64,000 bases of DNA from Candidatus Poribacteria bacterium (GTDB lineage: Bacteria; Poribacteria; WGA-4E; WGA-3G). The position numbers were made by a program, and so were the translations under genes. Positions 29,667 through 38,048 of the stretch are shown here, piece after piece; the first letter of the stretch is position 1; the number at the start of each line of letters is the position of its first letter. The stretch lies in NCBI GenBank assembly GCA_965205025.1, contig CBDBFU010000025.1, forward strand, positions 25,574-89,573. Direction: 5' to 3'. Below the pieces are notes generated by a model. The model did no database searches. It worked only from the letters and a program-made list of their open reading frames with translations, and was not told the origin of the DNA.

Positions 29667-29872
29667 TAGCTTTCGTGTTTTCTGCTATATTTTTCACATT
29701 TCTATATAAACTGCCTGTAGGTTAGGTTTCGTTCCTCAATTATGGGGTTGAGGAACGAAACCTATAAGTGTAAACTTAAGGACTGAAACCCGACATCTTT
29801 CGTTCCTGTTGGGTTTCGCAAACTCAATACAACCTGCAAGATAAACCCTAAGTAACACACATCAACGAAAGA
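29667..29872. repeat. REP/MITE-like element with 17 bp perfect inverted repeat
   Basis: TAGGTTTCGTTCCTCAA 29723-39 pairs with TTGAGGAACGAAACCTA 29748-64, preceded by GTAG; parts resemble 33040-33313. Confidence 0.6.
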
Positions 29873-30012
29873 TTCTTAAAACTAAATAACCCTGGGTCTG
29901 TGATGAATCAATCATCACAGACTATTTTAGTTATATGTATAAGATAGAGTATTACACAAATTTCATTGGAATACCTTATATAGAAAACAGGAAATATGAT
30001 CGATTTCTGAAA

Positions 30013-31216
30013 TTAGTCAATTTCACGAATATCTAAATTTCTCTCCTCTAATGTTCTTCTACGTCGCGGTAGGTCTCCAAATAAAGGTCTGAAATACCCC
30101 GCTCCTTCAGGAGACAAGTGGTATCGCTCAGAATCGTAAAAGCGAGGATCAAGACTCCTTCTGATAACATGACCAGACTCATCACGTTTTAATACCTGAT
30201 CTAATGGTAACATTATCGGTTCAATACCTACATCAGTTCTGGTGATAGTAGCAACTCCATTTACCATTCCATCAGAAAGAGACCGTACTGCTAACGCCCC
30301 TGCTTTTATGGCGGTATCTCTATCAAGTGGTATTGGACTACCACATCTTTGTAAATATCCAAGAATTAATGCTCTAAATAAAGAACTGTTAATTTCAGGT
30401 AATCGTTTTTTCATTGCTTCAACAATAATCTCTGAACATCCACCTGGTTTTGTATGGCCAAAGGCATCAAGTTCTGCCTGTGATGAAATCATTAATTCTC
30501 CTACATCATTTCGTATACCTTCTGAAACAACGACGATTACATTCCCTTGTTCTGTGTGCTTCTCACGGATTGCCTCAGCTAATTTTATCAGGTTGATATG
30601 GTACTTCAGGAACAACAATTAGATCTGCCAACCCGTATGCTGCTGATAATGTCAACCATCCTGCATCCCTTCCCATTGCCTCAACAACAATCACACGGTC
30701 ATGAGAGTATGTTGTTGTTCTTAGGTCACGTACCGCATCTATCACACGACTGGCTGCAGATGGAAATCCAGGACAAAAATAATTTACCATCTTCGAATAA
30801 TCTACCGAATCTCCTTCAGGAGGATTTATACCCACATCATTATCAATAGTTTTTGTCACAAAAACTGTGGTAAACTGTTCAGACAATGCTGTACCAACAG
30901 TTAACGTATCATCTCCCCCTATTGGAATAAGCCCACTGATATTTAGCCTCTTAAGATTATCAATTGCCTCACCTAATTTATCCGATGCAATTAGGTTCGT
31001 TCGGGAACTCTTTAAAATCGTACCTCCATGATTCTCATCAATAAGATCAGGTGTAAGAGTAAAGTATTTACCACCCTTTAAAACTCCTCTCCAACCCTCC
31101 ATAAATCCTATAAGCTCAAAACCGAGTTCCTCGGATTTTAGGGCAATACCTTTAAGGGTGGCATTGAGAGCACTTGTATCACCACCTCCTGTTAAAACAC
31201 CTATCTTTTTTCGCAT
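30013..31216 (-). CDS. pfkA: 6-phosphofructokinase family, probably PPi-dependent; one frameshift
   Basis: LTGGGD, GGTILKSSR, IGGDDT, KTIDND, EAMGRDAGW, LGYLQRCG. Removing one A in the run at 30583-30586 joins the two ORFs (PDKLAEAIR). Confidence 0.85.
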
Positions 31217-31316
31217 ATAAACTCCTAACTAAGAATAGAAATTTGAGGTTAATTTTATTCATCATATATTTGTAAACATAAAATATATTTTAAATTCAAG
31301 AATATAATCACTTTTT

Positions 31317-32888
31317 CTACATAGCTACATCAACTACTGTCGGTTTTCCAAGTGAGAGTGCTTTTTCAACTGTCGGTCTAAAGTCATCAATATTGTTAAC
31401 CCGTAGTCCAACTGCTCCAAAAGATTCAGCAAACTGAACAAAATCAGGGTTAACTAACTCTACACCAATCCTCTTGCCAAATCGACGTAACTGGCCTCTT
31501 TCAATCGAGGTATATTGACTATCATTCATAATAATTGTAACTACGGGCAGGTCATACATAACTGCTGTAGCCAGATCGGGACTTGTCATTAAAAAGCCAC
31601 CATCACCACTGAGAGCAACAACCTTCCTTTGTGGGTAAGCAACCTGCGCACCAATCGCTCCGGTCAGTCCAATCCCCATTGCCACTGATATCCCTGAAAA
31701 TATATAACTTCCTGGATAATATGTTGGAAAATGTGTTAATGCACCATATCCAGTTATATTTACATCAACAGAAAGTATGGCATCACGAGGCATTAAATCT
31801 CGAAGTTCTCTAAGTATTCTCGGTGGTTCACTTGACGTAAATTCTCGATTTAATTCTACCAATCTTTCTTCCCATTTAGAATAGAGTTTCTCTTCTTTGA
31901 GTATACTATTTAATTGTTTGAGTACTAATTTGGGATTAGCACCAATTCCAACTGTGGCGGGGTATTCCTTGTTTATCTCCTCTACATCAGCTTCAATGTG
32001 AATTAAGGGTTTAGATAATTTTAATGACCAATTCGCAGTATCACGATACGTAAATCTTGTTCCAATTGCAATTATTAGATCTGATTCCTTTAAAGCGGTT
32101 TGTGAATAACTATCTCTAAACATACCAATACAATAAGGAGAATCTTCGGGAACAGATCCTTTTCCCATCCCAGTCATAGATAGTGGGGAATCTAAATAGG
32201 AAGCAAACTCCAATAATTCATCGGAGGACCGTGTATGGTTTATACCACTACCAGATATAATTAAAGGTCTTTCAGCATCGTGAATTAGCTGAATGGCAGA
32301 ATCAATATCCTCTGGTAGTGCCATGGTTTGGATTCCATTAATTCTTCTTGGAACTTGTTGCTCTGTTTCCGCTTGTAATGCATCCGTAGCAAGTTCAATT
32401 AGTACTGGACCCGGACGACCTGAACGTAAAACACCGAAAGCTCGATTTACTGCATTTGGTATCTGATGAACATGATGAACTATTTCGATATGTTTTGTCA
32501 TGGATTCAAAAGCAGATTCTTGATCTAATCCATGAAAACTTTTCCTTGGATCTTTATGGGCAAGATAAGATGCATTTTGACCAGTAATCCAAAGAACAGG
32601 TGAGGATGCAGTAAATGCTTCGCATATTCCAATTGATGCATTATTTGAGCCAGGTCCTGGAACAGTCATACAAACACCAACTTCACCAGTTGCTCTCGCA
32701 TAACCATCCGCCATGAAAGCCGCACCACCTTCATGACGAGTTACATAATGCTTAATATCATCTTGGTTATAGTATAGTGCCTCGTATACAGTATCAAGAT
32801 GATTTCCAGGTAAACCGAATATCACATCAACACCTTGGGTTTTAAGGCACTCTACAAAAAGGTTCCCACCAGTTATAAATTTCATCAA
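31317..32888 (-). CDS. Thiamine pyrophosphate-binding enzyme (acetolactate synthase large subunit-like)
   Basis: IFGLPG, TRHEGGAAFMADGYAR, GRPGPV, GDGGF..ND TPP-binding motif. Confidence 0.9.
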   Translation of the reverse strand: MMKFITGGNLFVECLKTQGVDVIFGLPGNHLDTVYEALYYNQDDIKHYVTRHEGGAAFMADGYARATGEVGVCMTVPGPGSNNASIGICEAFTASSPVLWITGQNASYLAHKDPRKSFHGLDQESAFESMTKHIEIVHHVHQIPNAVNRAFGVLRSGRPGPVLIELATDALQAETEQQVPRRINGIQTMALPEDIDSAIQLIHDAERPLIISGSGINHTRSSDELLEFASYLDSPLSMTGMGKGSVPEDSPYCIGMFRDSYSQTALKESDLIIAIGTRFTYRDTANWSLKLSKPLIHIEADVEEINKEYPATVGIGANPKLVLKQLNSILKEEKLYSKWEERLVELNREFTSSEPPRILRELRDLMPRDAILSVDVNITGYGALTHFPTYYPGSYIFSGISVAMGIGLTGAIGAQVAYPQRKVVALSGDGGFLMTSPDLATAVMYDLPVVTIIMNDSQYTSIERGQLRRFGKRIGVELVNPDFVQFAESFGAVGLRVNNIDDFRPTVEKALSLGKPTVVDVAM

Positions 32889-33039
32889 ATTTTTATTTTT
32901 CTATTAGTATGATTAGCAGAATTTTAGACTATTATAGATCAAATATATCATTGAATATATCCTATAAGAATACTCAATTCCATCACTTCTGTCAAGTATT
33001 CAATCAATGTTACAGGGTTATTTAGTTTTAAGAATTCTC

Positions 33040-33313
33040 AGTTCCTGAGTGTTACTGAAAGTTTGTTTCGTAGGTTGGGTTGAACCGCAGGTGAAACCCA
33101 ACATTTCTTGTATGTCCAATGCTATTTCTATTTTCACACTTTTTCTATAAGACCTAAAATAATTTGAAGAATACATAAACTTCTAACATCTAACATACAT
33201 ATTCACAATAATATAAAATAAATTATAAATATTTGTCAAAATCAATATAAAATGGTGCGATACTATATCGTTCAATAATTGTAAACTAAAACTAACACAT
33301 GACACGAAAGCTA
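33040..33313. repeat. REP/MITE-like element related to 29667-29872
   Basis: GTAGGTTGGGTTGAACCGCAGGTGAAACCCAAC at 33070-33102; ACACGAAAGCTA 33302-13 is the reverse complement of TAGCTTTCGTGT 29667-78. Confidence 0.55.
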
Positions 33314-33338
33314 CAAGATTTCGTAGCTCTTATCAGAA

Positions 33339-33412
33339 TTCATACTTCAATAGAATACCAATCTGATAATTAAAGTTCATACTTCAATAGAATACCAATC
33401 TGATAATTAAAG
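33339..33412. repeat. 37 bp perfect tandem duplication
   Basis: TTCATACTTCAATAGAATACCAATCTGATAATTAAAG twice with no spacer. Confidence 0.9.
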
Positions 33413-33530
33413 TTAAATTCATCATCTGAAAATAGGATAATCCATGTTTGATTTACAACTAATGATACCAATTCTAATAAATAAAATGTCATTACACAAA
33501 TTTTATGGAATTGAATATGATTGGAAACTA

Positions 33531-33582
33531 TCTTCTGTAGGAGCGATCTCCTGGTCGCGACTTGGAGATTTGCCCTACAGAA
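33531..33582. repeat. Inverted REP pair (REPIN-like)
   Basis: TTCTGTAGGAGCGATCTCC ... GGAGATTTGCCCTACAGAA, an imperfect inverted pair with GTAG ends. Confidence 0.65.
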
Positions 33583-33833
33583 TCTCCACAATCAATACAA
33601 CAGTATTTTTTAGATATGGTATAATATCAAAAATGTCAACTTTTGTAGTTGATTTCCAAATCATGATTTCCGTAGTCTAAATAAACAGATAAAGAGGATA
33701 ATCAAATCGATTTACACACCATATTTTTTTAGTTTTTCAAATTTTAAAATTTTACACCGATTAATCAAATCCTTTGTTATCCCAACCCTCAACAGGGTTT
33801 TTGGCTCATCAAAATGTCATTTCTTAAAAAGCG

Positions 33834-33878
33834 ACTTGAAAAACTTGAAAAACTTGAAGAGTTTGAAAAACTTGAAAA
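33834..33878. repeat. 9 bp tandem repeat x5
   Basis: ACTTGAAAA ACTTGAAAA ACTTGAAGA GTTTGAAAA ACTTGAAAA. Confidence 0.85.
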
Positions 33879-33991
33879 TAGACCGACTTCAAACAAAACA
33901 GACTATCATACACATCAGAAAACAACAAAGTGTTGCTAAGAATAGGGTGTGTAAAGTTATTGTCACCATAGGTGTTAATTTACTCATTAGA

Positions 33992-34063
33992 CTCTTCTGT
34001 AGGAGAGAACCCCGATTCCCGATTCTTCTCTTCCCCTTCGTAGAAGCGGGGTTTCCCTGTCCG
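33992..34063 (+). repeat. Two GTAG REP-like remnants
   Basis: CTCTTCTGTAGGAGAGAACCCCGATTCCCGA and CGTAGAAGCGGGGTTTCCCTGTCCG. Confidence 0.5.
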
Positions 34064-34752
34064 TTGGTTCAATATATAGCAAATGATGAATTCAAAGAAT
34101 TCTACAAACAAACGATTTATAAGAGATGTTCTAATATCTTATCAAAATGGATGGTAAAAAATTTAACATAAAATATCCAAATCAATGGCTTATAAGGAAA
34201 GTAAAAGACACAAAAGTTATCATTCTTGCAAATTCTTGTAACTTTAAAAAAGTGGCTGTAAACCCAATGTAGTACTGACGGGACAGAGGTTTTACCAACG
34301 TTACACCATGTAACAAAAAGTGTAACTTTTAAAACATTGTAATACTAATAATATAACTAATGTGAATAATCTGATGATAACCAAAATGCATTTACACCTA
34401 CTTAAGTTATATAATAATTAACATATGTGATTCACGGAGAATTGATGCTTTTAAATTATAAACCCTTACAGGATAAGGGTTCGTAAAATTGCTCCGTGAA
34501 GGTTTCCGTGAAAGTACAATCATCTCAAACCACAAAATATTAACACTTTTTCCATTCACATTATCCATACATCTAACATAATTAGGTATTTTATCTACTT
34601 TGAAAGTATAAGGAGCGTTTGGAGTATCCAGATACAATAGCAGCGTAATGTTTAGGGACAAAAACTTTACGCAATCTCGGTATGTTGTCAGTATTGTCAT
34701 ATCATGATATACTTCTATATATTCTGATAATGATTATAGGAGAATATTACTA

Positions 34753-35529
34753 ATGTTGAATATAAAGACATATACTATGATGTCATGTATTTTGATATGC
34801 ATAGGAACGATTGTTTGTTATGGTGATGGTGGGTATGAATATATACCTGATGAGAATACTCTGGGTTTATGGCATTTCAATGATGGAAAGGTTACAGATG
34901 AATCTGATAATGGAGTGAAGGCTGACATTGAAGGGAAAGGGGCATGGGATAATAATCAGGATTGGAATAAGGAAAAAGTAGCAGGGAAATCCTTCAATTT
35001 TGATGGGAATACAGCAATTTCCCTTGGTAAAGCTGATGAGTTGATCCCCGATATTGCTATCACAGTTGAAGCATGGGTATATCCTGAAGATTTAACAGGT
35101 TGGCGACTTATATGTGCAAATTGGGACGGTCCTCCGGGTGCTTTTCACTTAGGTGTTTCAAATGGAGGAGCAAAATTTCACATAAATACCAGCAAAGGGA
35201 CTTCTTCTGCGGAAGCGGGTGGTGCACTTGAGCTTGAAAAGTGGCAACACATCGCTGGAACATTCGATTCCAAGACAATAAAACTCTATATAGATGGAAA
35301 AGAAGCTGCATCTACAAATCATAGTGGAAAATTACAAAAAGGGGATTACGATGTCGTAATAGGGAGTAAGAATACACGGCAATTTAAATGGAAAGGTTTG
35401 ATTGATGAAGTTCGAATCAGTGATATTGCTCGTGATTCCGATGTACTTAGTCCTAACCTTAAAGGCCCCCAATCTGTTAAGTTTACAAAATCAACTTTAC
35501 CTATTGTATGGGGTAGCCTAAAGCAATGA
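34753..35529 (+). CDS. Secreted LamG domain protein
   Basis: Signal peptide; LGLWHFNDG, ITVEAWVYP, WQHIAGTFD, GLIDEVRIS; tail TLPIVWGSLK. Confidence 0.88.
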   Translation: MLNIKTYTMMSCILICIGTIVCYGDGGYEYIPDENTLGLWHFNDGKVTDESDNGVKADIEGKGAWDNNQDWNKEKVAGKSFNFDGNTAISLGKADELIPDIAITVEAWVYPEDLTGWRLICANWDGPPGAFHLGVSNGGAKFHINTSKGTSSAEAGGALELEKWQHIAGTFDSKTIKLYIDGKEAASTNHSGKLQKGDYDVVIGSKNTRQFKWKGLIDEVRISDIARDSDVLSPNLKGPQSVKFTKSTLPIVWGSLKQ

Positions 35530-37241
35530 CCCAAGGTTCTATAACACAAGAGAAATCAATTACTAATGAGCATGTCCAATCAAAACTGATTCGTGCGATA
35601 GACGCATTATCTTTGATGCAGAAATCAGAAGGGAATTTTGAAGGAAAACTCTCCTCCAGCACATTTCCATCTTGTGCTTATGCATGGATTCAACTGATTC
35701 AAGGAGATATACCTGAAGAATCACTAATCAACTGGTTCATAGATAATCAGAGCGAAGATGGTGCATGGGGATTAGACACTGCTAATCAGACAAATCCAAA
35801 TTCTACATTGTTTGTACGTCTAATTTTGGAAGAAGTGTTTAACCAACAAACAGATCCCGATCTTGAAAAAACACTGTCCCATATCCCCGAGTATAAACAA
35901 AATCTTGGATTAGTAAAATTGGCATACGCTACCTTTGGACGGTTTAATTGGCAGGATTTGACAATTCCAAAGAATGCAATCCCTCTTATTAAACTTGTTA
36001 AATTCCTATCTCAATTCCCACCTTTAAGTAAATTGCTAAAGCCTCCAAGACATAAACTCCCACCTGTTGATATATTCAATACCTCTCTATTTGAAGAATT
36101 ATTCATTGCTGAACAACATACATTGGTTCCAGTTTTTATCCTGATTGAGTTAAATACCACGAATCGAACTGATGTTATTAACTCTCTTGTTGCATGGTTA
36201 AAATTAAAAGTATTAGGGGACGGTAGTTGGTTTCGTGTTAATTATATTACCGCGTTATCAGTGTTAGCTTTGATAGAAGTTGATAAGACAGACCATACTG
36301 ATCCTGAGATTCCACACTTTATTGAGAAAGGGATGAATTGGCTCAGATCAACTAAGAATCCTGATGGTGGCTATCGTGAAGCCATAAACCTGAATGTGTG
36401 GGATACAGCCCTCAGTATCATTGCTTTAACTGAGATTGATGAATTACCGTCTGGTAAAACTGATTTAATTCATACTGCTGCACAATGGATTGTAGATCAT
36501 CAGAATGAGGATGGTGGATGGGCATTTTCAGGAATGAAAGATAGTACACTTCCCAGTGATGCTGATGATACTGCCTTAGGAACACTGTCGTTAATTCGAT
36601 CTAAGTTATCCACGGATGAAGCGAGAAGTTCTATAGATAATGGTGTAAGGTGGCTACTTGATAATCAAGGTTCAGATGGCAGTTGGAGTACATACCAACC
36701 TGGAGAAGGTGATGTTGGATGTATTAGTATTACTGTTCATGCTATTGAGGCGTTGTTAGAGTATGGGGACAATCTTGAATCAATAAATCATGGTATTCGA
36801 TGGCTACAAAATTCAATTCATCCTGATGGGTATTGGGATGATTTGTGGTTAGCAAAGAGGACCTATGGGACTGCATGTGCAATTACAGCATTGGTAAAGA
36901 CAGGATTTGACGATGCTTCTGAGATTTCACAAGGTGTCCGCTGGTTGGAACAGAATCAGAATCCTGATGGTGGTTGGGGAGAAGATATGTTTGGAAACCC
37001 AACAAAAAGCACAGTTGAGCAAACCGCATGGTGTACTTATACGCTATTATTAACTGATTATGAAAATCCTTCTGCACGAAAAGGGATACAATATCTGATT
37101 GATACTCAAGATGAAAACGGAACATGGAAGGATAGTTGTGTTGGTATTTATTGGGAAATAATCGGGGGATATAGTGATCCAATTTATGCATCTGTTTTTC
37201 CTATATTGGCACTAAATCAGTATCTAAGAGTGAAAAAATAG
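35526..37241 (+). CDS. Squalene-hopene cyclase-like class II terpene cyclase
   Basis: QW repeats (QSEDGAW, QNEDGGW, QGSDGSW, QNPDGGW, QDENGTW), VWDTAL, catalytic DADDTA. Confidence 0.8.
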   Translation: MTQGSITQEKSITNEHVQSKLIRAIDALSLMQKSEGNFEGKLSSSTFPSCAYAWIQLIQGDIPEESLINWFIDNQSEDGAWGLDTANQTNPNSTLFVRLILEEVFNQQTDPDLEKTLSHIPEYKQNLGLVKLAYATFGRFNWQDLTIPKNAIPLIKLVKFLSQFPPLSKLLKPPRHKLPPVDIFNTSLFEELFIAEQHTLVPVFILIELNTTNRTDVINSLVAWLKLKVLGDGSWFRVNYITALSVLALIEVDKTDHTDPEIPHFIEKGMNWLRSTKNPDGGYREAINLNVWDTALSIIALTEIDELPSGKTDLIHTAAQWIVDHQNEDGGWAFSGMKDSTLPSDADDTALGTLSLIRSKLSTDEARSSIDNGVRWLLDNQGSDGSWSTYQPGEGDVGCISITVHAIEALLEYGDNLESINHGIRWLQNSIHPDGYWDDLWLAKRTYGTACAITALVKTGFDDASEISQGVRWLEQNQNPDGGWGEDMFGNPTKSTVEQTAWCTYTLLLTDYENPSARKGIQYLIDTQDENGTWKDSCVGIYWEIIGGYSDPIYASVFPILALNQYLRVKK

Positions 37242-37270
37242 GGAAATGCCAATAATTCTGACTACATAAG

Positions 37271-37942
37271 ATGATTTCAGTAATTATACCAGTCCTAAAT
37301 GAAGACAAGATTTTAGAAAAAACACTATATAGTTTACAACCTGAGTTGACAGGGCATGAACTTATAATTGTGGATGGTGGTAGTTCAGATACTTCGGTTG
37401 AAATTGCAAAAAAATATGGCACGGTCATCATTTCTGTAAAGGGACGGGGAAAACAACTAAATGCTGGTGCTGAACAAGCAAATGGTGAGATTTTTGTCTT
37501 TTTACACGCGGATGTGTGGTTAGAAGAAGGGGCAATTGCTGCTGTAGGGAGAGCAATTACCTGTGGATATGTGGGTGGAGGCTTTATTCAGAAAATAGAA
37601 GGGAAAAATATACTCTACCGAATTATTGAGAAGTGTGCAAACCTCCGTGGAAAATATCTGAAGATATTCTATGGTGACAGTGGGATTTTTATTACACGAG
37701 ACGGTTTTCAGCAAATTGGTGGTTTTCCTGATGTTCCTATAATGGAAGAGATGGAATTTTCAAAAGCATTACACAAACTTGGAGAAACAGTGATGATTAG
37801 CCCACGGATACACATATCAGCCCGTAGATGGGAAACAGGTGGAATTATTCGTACTACATTAATCAACTGGCTCATAACAATACTTTACATACTTGGATTC
37901 TCCACAGACAGACTGGCACAATTATATAAGAATATACGATAG
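37271..37942 (+). CDS. GT2 family glycosyltransferase (TIGR04283-like)
   Basis: ISVIIPVLNE, VDGGSSD, FLHAD, YGDSGIF, GGFPDVPIMEE, SARRW. Confidence 0.85.
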   Translation: MISVIIPVLNEDKILEKTLYSLQPELTGHELIIVDGGSSDTSVEIAKKYGTVIISVKGRGKQLNAGAEQANGEIFVFLHADVWLEEGAIAAVGRAITCGYVGGGFIQKIEGKNILYRIIEKCANLRGKYLKIFYGDSGIFITRDGFQQIGGFPDVPIMEEMEFSKALHKLGETVMISPRIHISARRWETGGIIRTTLINWLITILYILGFSTDRLAQLYKNIR

Positions 37943-37947
37943 AATAA

Positions 37948-37977
37948 AAACGGGACAGAATTAATTCTGTCCCGTTT
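37948..37977. terminator. Probable bidirectional terminator (perfect 30 bp palindrome)
   Basis: AAACGGGACAGAATT-AATTCTGTCCCGTTT between convergent genes. Confidence 0.7.
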
Positions 37978-38048
37978 CAACTTAGCTTTAGTGATTAGTT
38001 CCAATTCTGTTCACTTGGAATTATAACTATTTTCCATTATTTTAATGA

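Noticed and set aside
33339-33412. 37 bp repeat as a CRISPR array
   Set aside because: Two adjacent copies with no spacer and no cas genes in the window.
33370-34700. Short ORFs in the large gap (33370, 33444, 33836, 34407)
   Set aside because: No recognisable motifs; they run through repeats (the KNLKNLK pattern is the 9 bp repeat).
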